Positions 8,157 through 16,702 of a DNA stretch of 52,262 bases are shown one piece after another. The translations under genes and the position numbers were made by a program. Source of the stretch: Nitrospinota bacterium (GTDB taxonomy: Bacteria > Nitrospinota > Nitrospinia > Nitrospinales > VA-1). The notes under the pieces are model-generated. The model searched no databases and had not been told where the DNA came from. It saw nothing but the letters and a program-made list of their open reading frames with translations. Each line of letters opens with the position of its first letter. Position 1 is the stretch's first letter. The stretch is taken from NCBI GenBank assembly GCA_036339675.1, contig JAYZAN010000059.1, forward strand, positions 1-52,262, in the 5' to 3' direction.

Positions 8157-10411
8157 TGGAATTCCGCATTGCTGACACATTCACGAGTAGCCTTGCTGGA
8201 CTGACGGGACAAGAACAAAAGGCTGCTAAAGCCACCGCTCTCGATCTGGTCATCGACGAAATCGACCGCCTGTCCAACGTCATCAAGGAAATTCTCTATT
8301 CGGCGATGGAGGATTTCAAGCTTCAGGTTGACCCAGCAAATCCCAAGATAAAATTTCATAAATTAGACCGATCCAAGGACCCAAATTTCTGGTCAGTGCC
8401 TGTCAACCAAGATATCCGCATCATTATCCATCGGACAGCATCCAGCTTTATGCTCTGCTATGTTAATCATCATAACGAAGCTCACAAATGGGCCGAACAG
8501 CGAAAAATAGAGCGACACCCAAAAACGGGGGCTGCGCAGCTCATAGAAATCCGCGAGCGTTTCCAAGAGTTCGCCATCCATAAACAAATTGGGGTTGTTG
8601 AGCCCGCACCTGAAGCAAAGTTGCTGTTTGCTGATGTTCCAGAAAATGATTTATTGAGTTATGGCGTTCCCGCCGAATGGATTGATGATGTTAAGCAAGC
8701 AACAGAGGACACGCTTTCCGAGTTAGCAGAACACTTGCCTCAGGAAGCCTCAGAGGCGCTCCTTGATCTTGCAACTGGAAGCACGTGGTTGCCGAAAGTT
8801 GCGCAGGCGACTCCACCTGATACCGATCCCTTCAGGCACCCGGATGCACAGCGTCGCTTCCGCGTGCTCAAAAATATTGAAGAACTTGAACGTGCTCTAG
8901 AATTTCCGTGGGAAAAGTGGGCGATCTTTCTGCATCCTGTCCAAAAAAAGTTTGTTGAAAACGATTATAGCGGACCTACACGAATTGCAGGATCGGCGGG
9001 AACTGGAAAGACGAGTGTCGCTATCCACAGGACTGTTTATCTGGCCCGGCGTAACCCTAAGGCGCGAGTTCTACTCACAACATTTTCTAATACGCTTGCA
9101 AATTCTTTGAAGACCAAATTGATCCGTTTAGGTGGTCCTCATAACGTACGGGAACACCTTGCCGACGCTCTGGTTCAGCCTAAAAGTTTTTCCATAAGTG
9201 GTGAACGTCACCGCTTTGTCGCCACTGAATTTCTTGGTAATGAACCAAGTATTTTCGACCAAATTTCTGTCTATTCAATATTTGGTATAGGGCATGACAT
9301 TTACTCAAAAATTTTTGCAGAGCCGGATATAGCTACCCCCGAACTAATTAAATCTCTTCTGAAAAAGGCCGCTCAAAAGGTTTCTGGCCATAACTTTTCA
9401 CCTCAATTTTTGCTGACTGAGTGGATTGATGTCGTCGATGCTTGGCAGCTAAAGAGCTGGGAAGATTACCGGGACGTGGCACGTCTTGGTCGAAAAACAA
9501 GAATCGGGGGCAAACAGCGTGAGATTCTCTGGTCAATATTCCAAGATATGCGCAACGAATTGAATAGTCGTGGAAAGATCACTTGGTCAGATGTTTTTGG
9601 ACGACTTTCATCCCACCTTGAAGCCGGAGGCGAGGCACCTTTTGACTTTGCCGTTATAGATGAGGCTCAGGATATTGGCATTGCGCCATTACGCTTTTTA
9701 GCTGCACTTGGTGGTACCCGTCCTAACGGCCTTTTCTTTGCAGGAGATCTTGGGCAGAGGATTTTTCAAACCCCTTATTCATGGAAGGCACTCGGAGTCA
9801 ATATTCGTGGTCGATCACACACTCTGCGTATCAATTACCGTACTTCGCATCAAATCCGGTCACAGGCTGATCGATTGTTGCCGTATTCGCTCAGTGATGT
9901 TGACGGGAATATGGAAAACCGCCGGGGTACTGTGTCTGTGTTTAATGGTCCGCCACCGATTATCAAGACTTTTAATGACGGCTATACGGAGGCTAATGCT
10001 GTTGGGGAATGGGTAACCGAAAGACTAAAAGAGGACTTCTTGCCACACGAAATCGGTGTTTTTGTTCGTTCCGACAATGAAATTGACAGGGCATTGAAAG
10101 CGGTTAAAATAGCAAATGTCAATTATGTTCAGCTCGACGATAATGTGGAAACTTCACCGGGTAGCGTTTCAATCAGTACAATGCATCTAGCTAAGGGGCT
10201 TGAATTTCGCGCTGTAGTCGTCATGTGCTGTGATGCTGAAGTATTACCTCTTCAGGAAAGGATTGAAACGTTATCCAATGAGTCTGACCTCAAAGAGGTC
10301 TACAATACAGAACGCCATCTTCTTTACGTTGCTTGCACGCGTGCCCGCGACCGGTTACTTATCACAGGCGTTGACCCTGCGTCGGAGTTTTTAGATGACT
10401 TAAAAAAATAA
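8156..10411 (+). CDS. SF1 (UvrD/Rep-like) helicase with an N-terminal RelE/ParE-toxin-like domain
   Basis: Walker A GSAGTGKT (8990-9013), Walker B DEAQD (9659-9673), C-terminal TMHLAKGLEF and LYVACTRARDRLLITG motifs. The N-terminal ~130 aa read FHKLDRSKDPNFWSVPVNQDIRIIIHR...MLCYVNHHNEAHKWA, a RelE/ParE-like pattern. The ORF track begins at the TTG at 8153. I prefer the ATG at 8156. Confidence 0.8.
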   Translation: MEFRIADTFTSSLAGLTGQEQKAAKATALDLVIDEIDRLSNVIKEILYSAMEDFKLQVDPANPKIKFHKLDRSKDPNFWSVPVNQDIRIIIHRTASSFMLCYVNHHNEAHKWAEQRKIERHPKTGAAQLIEIRERFQEFAIHKQIGVVEPAPEAKLLFADVPENDLLSYGVPAEWIDDVKQATEDTLSELAEHLPQEASEALLDLATGSTWLPKVAQATPPDTDPFRHPDAQRRFRVLKNIEELERALEFPWEKWAIFLHPVQKKFVENDYSGPTRIAGSAGTGKTSVAIHRTVYLARRNPKARVLLTTFSNTLANSLKTKLIRLGGPHNVREHLADALVQPKSFSISGERHRFVATEFLGNEPSIFDQISVYSIFGIGHDIYSKIFAEPDIATPELIKSLLKKAAQKVSGHNFSPQFLLTEWIDVVDAWQLKSWEDYRDVARLGRKTRIGGKQREILWSIFQDMRNELNSRGKITWSDVFGRLSSHLEAGGEAPFDFAVIDEAQDIGIAPLRFLAALGGTRPNGLFFAGDLGQRIFQTPYSWKALGVNIRGRSHTLRINYRTSHQIRSQADRLLPYSLSDVDGNMENRRGTVSVFNGPPPIIKTFNDGYTEANAVGEWVTERLKEDFLPHEIGVFVRSDNEIDRALKAVKIANVNYVQLDDNVETSPGSVSISTMHLAKGLEFRAVVVMCCDAEVLPLQERIETLSNESDLKEVYNTERHLLYVACTRARDRLLITGVDPASEFLDDLKK

Positions 10412-10488
10412 TCATTAGATAGATTAGTCACAAAAAGCGTTTACAGAATGTAACTAAGATGAATAACCAGTAATCCGATGGGAAAAGA

Positions 10489-10498
10489 GAAGTTGTCA
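10489..10498. repeat. Right copy of the 10-bp direct repeat GAAGTTGTCA
   Basis: See 7731-7740. Confidence 0.25.
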
Positions 10499-10651
10499 AT
10501 TCAATATCTTTGAATAGACGGGTAATGGCCACGTATATGGCGTTCTGAATTCCCCCCTATTGATGAAATATAGATGGAATCGCTCTGAGTTTCTTTAAGA
10601 AACCCTTGACTATTTGAGAAAAAAATACGTGTTGATGGTACGAATATACAA

Positions 10652-10686
10652 GGGGGGCCATCGATCCTTTGGGGTACCCCCCCCCC
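10652..10686. repeat. G6 ... GGGGTACCCC palindrome ... C10 homopolymer tract
   Basis: GGGGGGCCATCGATCCTTTGGGGTACCCCCCCCCC read directly. The C-run spans 10677-10686. It lies ~255 nt upstream of the FGE-domain gene. Confidence 0.5.
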
Positions 10687-10939
10687 ATTCCAGCATAAAA
10701 ACATAGCCAGACCAGTTAAAAAAACTGTGTACCGATGGCTGGCATTCCCCACCATTTATCCCTTTTCATTTCACTTATCAGTATCTCTTTTAAAGCGCCC
10801 TTATTCCCTTTAAAAAGGGTTATGATTTTTCCGCCAGTTCGGGAAAGTCGTTTCATTTGGGAATATTTCTTGTTTTCAACGGTCCTTGTACCTATAATCC
10901 CTCACTTCGGATTTTCTCTTTATGTTGGAGACACAAAAT

Positions 10940-11740
10940 ATGAATCGGTTCTTAGTTTTTCTGACTCTGTTTTTTTTAACGCCGATGCCGCTGCAGGCCC
11001 AAAAGGGGGGAAATGATTCCCCGTCCGTACCCATGGCCCATATCCCCTCAGGGATTTATATCATGGGAAGCCAGAAATCCCTGATAGAGCTGGATCCGGC
11101 CGACCTGTTCAATACGGACCGCCATGCGCTCGGGCCCGAAGACCCCGCCCATGAGGTTCATATTGACGGATTTTATTTGGATATCCATGAGGTCACCAAC
11201 GAAGAGTACGGAAAATACCTGGAAGCGTCCGGCGCCGCAGAACCTGACTTCTGGGAGAATCACGATTTCAACGGTGCTCGTCAGCCGGTGGTCGGGGTGA
11301 CCTGGAAAGAGGCTCAGAAGTATTGCCACTGGAGGGGAAAACGCCTTCCCACGGAAGCGGAATGGGAAAAGGCATCGCGTGGAAAACGGTCCATTAAGTA
11401 CCCATGGGGAAACGGACCACCCGACCTCACCAGAGCAAACTTTAATGGTGAAGTCGGGAAAACCAAACCAGTGGGCTCCTATGAGGCGGGAAAATCCGAT
11501 TACGGTGTCTACGATCTTGCGGGGAATGTATCCGAATGGGTCTTCGACTGGCATTTAGCGGAATATTACCTATTTTCACCTAAAGCCAATCCACAAGGGC
11601 ACAGCAAAGGCTCCTATAAAGTCATCCGCGGCGGGAACTGGAGGAACAATGCCGAGGACATCAGAATGACTTACCGGAATGCCACCGTTCCCAAATTAAG
11701 AGAAAAAACCATCGGTTTCCGTTGCGTTAAGGATGAATGA
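10940..11740 (+). CDS. Secreted formylglycine-generating-enzyme (FGE/SUMF1)-type sulfatase-modifying-factor domain protein
   Basis: Signal peptide MNRFLVFLTLFFLTPMPLQA. HEVTNEEY, WKEAQKYCHWRGKRLPTEAEWEKA, YPWGN, DLAGNVSEWV, RGGNW and GFRCV motifs. GGAG lies 9 nt upstream of the ATG at 10940. The ORF opens at 10922. Confidence 0.85.
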   Translation: MNRFLVFLTLFFLTPMPLQAQKGGNDSPSVPMAHIPSGIYIMGSQKSLIELDPADLFNTDRHALGPEDPAHEVHIDGFYLDIHEVTNEEYGKYLEASGAAEPDFWENHDFNGARQPVVGVTWKEAQKYCHWRGKRLPTEAEWEKASRGKRSIKYPWGNGPPDLTRANFNGEVGKTKPVGSYEAGKSDYGVYDLAGNVSEWVFDWHLAEYYLFSPKANPQGHSKGSYKVIRGGNWRNNAEDIRMTYRNATVPKLREKTIGFRCVKDE

Positions 11741-11998
11741 TCCAAGTCACGACTACACTCTAGAAGCGAAGAACCTCCGCAGACCAGCGTGACGCTGGAC
11801 TTAAATTGTAATGACTTTTTACTGCGTTCAAACCGTATTGGGGGCTCAACGAGTCTTCGCCATCTTTCCACTAGGCGTGGCCCGGCCAACTCTAGTGGGA
11901 TGAAATTTTGAAATCCTTCCAAGTCCCGATCGCATTTCAATAAAACCTTTTGGGGTTTCCAACATCTAATCCACACAAAGCCATTTTGGAGAACCGGT

Positions 11999-12592
11999 TT
12001 GAAAATCACTCGAATAGAAGAAACCCCTAACCCCGCCGCTATTAAGTTCATCATGGACGGTCCCGTAGTCGCGGACGGTGCTGTATCGCTTTCCAACGCG
12101 GACGAGGATGAAGACTACACCGGGGACAATCCCCTTGCTCAGGCCCTTTTCAAGGTGGGTGCCTCCGAACTCTTTCTTTGCCAGAATTATATCTCGGTGA
12201 CCATGTTCAATCCCAACGCATGGGAACATTTCATGGATGATGTTAAAAATGCCATCGAGACCCAGCTTCTTCCGCCCGGAGAAAAACCCCCGGAAAAAGA
12301 GAAAAAGGATTCCGTGCTCAACCATATAGACCGCAATGAGTTTCCCCACCTTCCAGACGAAGAGAAAAAAGCCATCATAGATTCGCTGATGGATGAAATC
12401 ATCCGCCCGGCCCTGGCCAACGACGGGGGCGGACTGGAAATTCTCAAAGTCGAAGGCAACGAGGTGCGCATAAAGTATCAGGGCGCATGCGGAAGCTGCC
12501 CCAGTTCCACCGGAGGCACCCTTGCGGCTATTCAGAGAGCTCTCCAGGGATACCTGGACCCCAACATTGAAGTGTTCACCGGAACATCATGA
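11999..12592 (+). CDS. Nfu/NifU-type Fe-S cluster scaffold or carrier protein (Nfu_N plus NifU C-terminal domain)
   Basis: The N-terminus IEETPNPAAIKFIMD is Nfu_N-like. The C-terminal DGGGLEILKVEGNEVRIKYQGACGSCPSS has the CxxC NifU motif. TTG start. Confidence 0.8.
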   Translation: MKITRIEETPNPAAIKFIMDGPVVADGAVSLSNADEDEDYTGDNPLAQALFKVGASELFLCQNYISVTMFNPNAWEHFMDDVKNAIETQLLPPGEKPPEKEKKDSVLNHIDRNEFPHLPDEEKKAIIDSLMDEIIRPALANDGGGLEILKVEGNEVRIKYQGACGSCPSSTGGTLAAIQRALQGYLDPNIEVFTGTS

Positions 12593-12825
12593 AGCAGTAA
12601 AAAGCTATAAATTCCCTGGTCGTTAGCAATGCCGGGCATCCCACCGCATCAAACCCATCAATATTCTCTTGTTTCTGTAAAAAATTGACAGCGTGTTGAA
12701 GGACGTTTAAATCCCCCTCCCCCTTGAATCTCCTGTTTCCCTAATCCTGGAAAAAGCCTGGATGATTTTATGTTATCTTGGAACCAAGATGTCCCCGACG
12801 GCCATTAAAAAAGTATAAAAGCGCC

Positions 12826-13797
12826 ATGAGCGATTACCCGACGTTGAACCAGATCCAAAAAGCCAGGGAAAGGCTGGGCTCTCTCATTACAGAGACCCCC
12901 GCCCATCACTGGAACGATCCGCCATTGCAGAAACAGGTGGGGAAGGACACCGAAGTGTTCGTCAAGCTGGAACTTCTTCAGGTGACAGGAACCTTCAAGC
13001 CCCGCGGCGCCTTGAATGTCATGCTGAATCTAGAGCCGGAGAAACTGAAACAGGGGGTGACCGCGGTCAGCGCCGGCAACCATGCCATCGCCGTGGCATA
13101 TGCCGCCAAGACCCTCGGCACCTCAGCCCGGGTGGTGATGCCTAAATACGCAAATCCCCTGCGCATGAGGCGGGCGCGTGACCTGGGAGCGAAAATCTGC
13201 CTGGCCGAAAACCCCCATGACGCCTTCGACCAGGTAAAAAAAATTGAACAAAAAGAAGGAAAAAGTTTCATCCATCCTTTTGAAGGTCCGAGAACCCTTG
13301 AGGGCACGGGGACCTGTGGGCTGGAATTCGCGCAACAGGTGCCGGCCCTGGATGCGATGATCCTCCCCATCGGCGGCGGTGGGCTCTGCGGGGGTTTCGC
13401 CGCGGCTCTCAAACAAACCTGGCCGGACATCAGAATCTACGGCGTGGAGCCGGAAGGCGCCGATTCCATGAGTCGAAGTTTCAAGAAAGGGGAACCGATT
13501 ACCTTGGATTGTATCGATACCATTGCCGACAGTCTTGCCCCGCCGAAAGCCGAACCCTATACCTTCTCCGTATGCCGCCGGTTGGTCGATGAGATCGTGA
13601 CGGTCACGGACGATCAGTTGAAAGAAGCGATGCGGCATTTGTTTTACGGATTGAAACTGGCCGTGGAACCGGCCGGGGCAGCGACCACAGCGGGCCTTCT
13701 CGGTCCGTTGAAAGAAAAAGTAAAGAATCAGAAAGTCGGGATCATCGCCTGTGGAACGAATATTGACATCGGCGATTTTTATAACCTGATTTGCTGA
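12826..13797 (+). CDS. PLP-dependent threonine/serine ammonia-lyase (short, catabolic-type dehydratase family)
   Basis: PLP-lysine motif LQVTGTFKPRGA, SAGNHA, and the glycine-rich loop PIGGGGLCGG. I prefer the ATG at 12826 (MSDYPTL) over the ORF-track start at 12778. Confidence 0.8.
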   Translation: MSDYPTLNQIQKARERLGSLITETPAHHWNDPPLQKQVGKDTEVFVKLELLQVTGTFKPRGALNVMLNLEPEKLKQGVTAVSAGNHAIAVAYAAKTLGTSARVVMPKYANPLRMRRARDLGAKICLAENPHDAFDQVKKIEQKEGKSFIHPFEGPRTLEGTGTCGLEFAQQVPALDAMILPIGGGGLCGGFAAALKQTWPDIRIYGVEPEGADSMSRSFKKGEPITLDCIDTIADSLAPPKAEPYTFSVCRRLVDEIVTVTDDQLKEAMRHLFYGLKLAVEPAGAATTAGLLGPLKEKVKNQKVGIIACGTNIDIGDFYNLIC

Positions 13798-13890
13798 AAT
13801 TCACCCACACCAACCCACCCTACAAAATTCCTTTTTAACGAAGAGACGATTGGAGAGTATAAATTTCGGGACAATCCAGGAACTTTATTA

Positions 13891-14241
13891 ATGAATCCCG
13901 ATCTGAAAATTCTAGTGGTAGAAGATTCCGAGCTGCAGCTGCATATCTGCATGGCCCAGTTCAACAAACTGGGATTCGAAAACGTATCTGGGGCGGCAAA
14001 CGGCAACAAAGCGTATGCCTGGCTGGAAAGCAATCCGGCCGATCTCATTATTTCCAACTAGGAAATGCCGGAATTGAACGGATTGGGTCTGCTGAAAAAA
14101 GTCAAGGGAAACCCCTCACTCAAGGACACCCCCTTCATCATCCTCACCATCCATGAAGATGAAAGCAAAACCTAGGAAGCCCTGAACCTGAGCACCGCCG
14201 ATTACATGATCAAACCTTCCACCATGGAAACCCTCAGCTAA
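13891..14241 (+). pseudogene. Decayed CheY-like single-domain response-regulator receiver gene, with in-frame TAG at 14059-14061 and 14173-14175
   Basis: My translation: MNPDLKILVVEDSELQ...DLIISN*EMPELNGLGLLKKVKGNPSLKDTPFIILT...SKT*EALNLSTADYMIKPSTMETLS(TAA). It is colinear with E. coli CheY ISDWNMPNMDG...KPFT with no frameshift. The phospho-acceptor Asp reads Asn. The ORF track shows only a spurious antisense ORF here. Confidence 0.8.
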
Positions 14242-14288
14242 ATGATCGACAAAACCCTTCCGGGTTAGTTAAAGTCGATTTCTATCTT

Positions 14289-15497
14289 TTACGAGAGCTT
14301 TTTCTGGATTTTATCAAGGAGGCGGTTGGCGATATCCAGCTTGGACATCTGGGGCCAGGGTTCGACTATTCCGTCCCGGTCGATCAGCGTCACCTGGTTA
14401 GCGTCCGACTGGAACCCGATTCCCGGGGCGCTGATATCGTTGGCGACGATCAGGTCTAGATTTTTGTTTTTCAGTTTATCGCTTGCGCTCTGCACCAGGT
14501 TTTCCGTTTCGGCCGCAAAACCGACCACAAGTTGATGCGAGCGGGTTTTCGAGACTTCCTTCAGAATATCCGGGGTGGGCACCAGTTTAAGATGAAGAGG
14601 CTCGTCCCCCTGCTTTTTGATTTTTTCCTTCCGAACCTGTTTGACCTTGAAATCGCCGACGGCGGCGGCCATGACCAGCACATCACATTGAGGCCAGAAT
14701 TTCTGGATCAGTTCGTTCATCTCCGAAGCGTTCCGGCAGGAGACGCATTGCACACCTTTCGGCGGGGGCAAATGCGTGGGACCGCTCACCAGGGTCACCT
14801 TCGCCCCCCGATCGCGGGCCTGCTCGGCCACGGCGAATCCCATTTTCCCGGATGACGGGTTGCTCAGATACCGCACCGGATCGAGCGCTTCATGGGTCGG
14901 CCCTGCCGTGACCAGGACATGGACCCCATCAAAATCCTGTTTGCCAGACAATAATTTTCGTTTGATTTCATCGAGGATATCCAGGGGTTCGGCCAGTCGG
15001 CCCTGCCCGACTACCCCGCAGGCCAATTCCCCGTGTTCCGGGTTCACAAAGTGGATGCCGCGCGCCTGTATTTTCTCGATATTTTCCCTTACCGCCGGGT
15101 TGCTGTACATACCCTCGTTCATCGCCGGGACCAACAGGACCGGTCCCTGAAACGCGAGGAACAGATTGGACAAGGCATCGTCGGCCAGGCCGTTGGCCAT
15201 CTTGCCGATGGAACCCGCCGTCGCCGGAGCGACCACCAGAAAATCGGCGTTCTCCGCCGCCCTGATGTGCTCCATCGAGGCCGCGGTTGCGGATTCGAAG
15301 ACTTCATGGTAGACCGGTTGCCCAGAAAGGGCCTCGAAGGTGAGCGGGGCGACGAATCGTTTGGCATTCGCGGTCATCACCACATACACCTCCGCGCCTT
15401 CGCGCACCATCAGGCGCAACAGTTCCACCGCTTTGTAGGCCGCGATGCCGCCGGAGACGCCCAAAACAATTTTTTTATTTTTCAGAATTTTCGCCAT
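14289..15497 (-). CDS. coaBC: Bifunctional phosphopantothenoylcysteine decarboxylase / phosphopantothenate-cysteine ligase
   Basis: 402 aa. N-terminal flavoprotein domain KKIVLGVSGGIAAYKA...PAMN and C-terminal CoaB domain LVTAGPTHEALDPVRYLSNPSSGKMG. Confidence 0.93.
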   Translation of the reverse strand: MAKILKNKKIVLGVSGGIAAYKAVELLRLMVREGAEVYVVMTANAKRFVAPLTFEALSGQPVYHEVFESATAASMEHIRAAENADFLVVAPATAGSIGKMANGLADDALSNLFLAFQGPVLLVPAMNEGMYSNPAVRENIEKIQARGIHFVNPEHGELACGVVGQGRLAEPLDILDEIKRKLLSGKQDFDGVHVLVTAGPTHEALDPVRYLSNPSSGKMGFAVAEQARDRGAKVTLVSGPTHLPPPKGVQCVSCRNASEMNELIQKFWPQCDVLVMAAAVGDFKVKQVRKEKIKKQGDEPLHLKLVPTPDILKEVSKTRSHQLVVGFAAETENLVQSASDKLKNKNLDLIVANDISAPGIGFQSDANQVTLIDRDGIVEPWPQMSKLDIANRLLDKIQKKLS

Positions 15498-15521
15498 AAA
15501 ATGCCGAAAAACCGGACAGTT

Positions 15522-15614
15522 GTTTAAATACTGGATTTAAAACAATTATAAAATTTAAACTGCGGACGATCAACGGATTTTTACCGCTTTCAGGGACAGA
15601 TCGTTTAAATACTG
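15522..15614. promoter_or_regulatory. Two exact copies of GTTTAAATACTG (15522-15533 and 15603-15614) plus a degenerate third (TTTAAACTG, 15554-15562) in the coaBC/galT divergent intergenic region
   Basis: Read directly from the sequence. An exact 12-mer repeated within 190 bp is unlikely by chance. Confidence 0.5.
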
Positions 15615-15623
15615 TTATGCTGT

Positions 15624-15653
15624 TTGACATTTACAGGACCTTTGCTTAATAAT
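15624..15653 (+). promoter_or_regulatory. Candidate sigma70-type promoter for galT-glgA (TTGACA-N18-AATAAT)
   Basis: TTGACA at 15624-15629 and AATAAT at 15648-15653, ~35 nt upstream of the ATG at 15688. Confidence 0.4.
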
Positions 15654-15687
15654 CAGCGCGGTATTTATCAAATTTATTTAAAAACTC

Positions 15688-16695
15688 ATGCCAGAACTCA
15701 GAAAAGATCCCATTGTCAACCGCTGGGTCATCATATCGACCGAACGCGGCAAAAGGCCGCATGATTTCCCCAGTCCGCAAAAAAGGGTCAACAGCCAGTC
15801 CTGCCCCTTCTGCACCGGCAACGAGGGCTTGACCCCCCCGGAGATCCAATCCGTCCGGCGGGACTCATCTTCACCCGACACGCCGGGCTGGAGTGTTCGT
15901 GTGGTGCCCAACAAGTATCCGGCCCTTTTAAACTCCGACGATGCGGTGACCCGTTCGGGAGCGGGCGACGGCCTGTTCGATTCCATGACAGGGTTCGGCA
16001 CCCATGAAGTCATCATCGAAAGTCCGGAACACGATAAGGAGTTCGAGTTTTTGCCCAATCCCCATGTCGCGGACTGTCTCCAGGTTTTCCAGGAACGGTT
16101 CCTGGAACTGAAAAAAGATGACCGCTTTAAGTACATTTTGATTTTCAAAAATCATGGCGAGTCCGCAGGCGCATCCATCGAGCACAGTCACTGCCAGCTG
16201 ATCGGCCTGCCCATCGTTCCGGAACTTGTCAACGAGGAACTCGCAGGTTCCCTCCGCCATTACGAAAAAAACGAGCGGTGCATATATTGCGACCTGATCA
16301 AGCTGGAACTCTCCGACGGCAGGCGCATCGTCACCCAGAATGAGGAGTTCGTCGCTCTATGCCCCTATGCGTCGGCGTTTCCCTTCGAGATGTGGATTCT
16401 TCCAGTGAACCACAATGCCCGGTTTGAGAATACCGATGAGGACGAGTTCCCCCATCTAGCCTCCCTGTTTAAGGAAACAATCTTGAGGATGAAAACCGCC
16501 CTGGGCACCCCGCCCTATAATTTTTATCTGCACACCTCCCCGATCCACGGGAACCACAACGACCATTACCACTGGCATATAGAGATCATGCCCAAACTCA
16601 CCAAGGTGGCCGGGTTTGAACAGGGAACCGGGTTTTTCATCAATCCCACCCTTCCCGAGGAAGCCGCTGAAATTTTAAGAAATACCAAAATCTGA
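15688..16695 (+). CDS. galT: GalT-family (HIT-like) hexose-1-phosphate nucleotidyltransferase / sugar-nucleotide phosphorylase
   Basis: Zn motif CPFCTGNE and active-site HSHCQLI (HxHxQ). 335 aa, 8 nt upstream of glgA. Confidence 0.8.
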   Translation: MPELRKDPIVNRWVIISTERGKRPHDFPSPQKRVNSQSCPFCTGNEGLTPPEIQSVRRDSSSPDTPGWSVRVVPNKYPALLNSDDAVTRSGAGDGLFDSMTGFGTHEVIIESPEHDKEFEFLPNPHVADCLQVFQERFLELKKDDRFKYILIFKNHGESAGASIEHSHCQLIGLPIVPELVNEELAGSLRHYEKNERCIYCDLIKLELSDGRRIVTQNEEFVALCPYASAFPFEMWILPVNHNARFENTDEDEFPHLASLFKETILRMKTALGTPPYNFYLHTSPIHGNHNDHYHWHIEIMPKLTKVAGFEQGTGFFINPTLPEEAAEILRNTKI

Positions 16696-16702
16696 AATCG
16701 AC

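Noticed and set aside
10501-11016. ORFs at 10501-10755 (minus strand) and 10735-11016 (plus strand) in the long intergenic region. The same question applies to 39862-40095 (plus) and 37796-37978 (minus).
   Set aside because: They have no motifs, odd composition and non-ATG or unsupported starts. They overlap repeats or the true start of the FGE-domain gene. I treat them as non-coding.
10940-11740. The FGE/SUMF1 (C-type-lectin-fold) protein as a diversity-generating-retroelement target.
   Set aside because: There is no reverse transcriptase, no template-repeat copy of the C-terminal region, and no Asn-codon-rich variable region in or near the gene.
14059-14175. Whether the in-frame TAG codons in the receiver gene mean amber recoding (pyrrolysine or a suppressor) rather than a pseudogene.
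   Set aside because: TAG serves as the ordinary stop of at least two good genes in the window (6994-6996 and 35548-35550). There are no pyl genes or suppressor tRNA here. The phospho-acceptor Asp is also mutated. Inactivation is the simpler reading.
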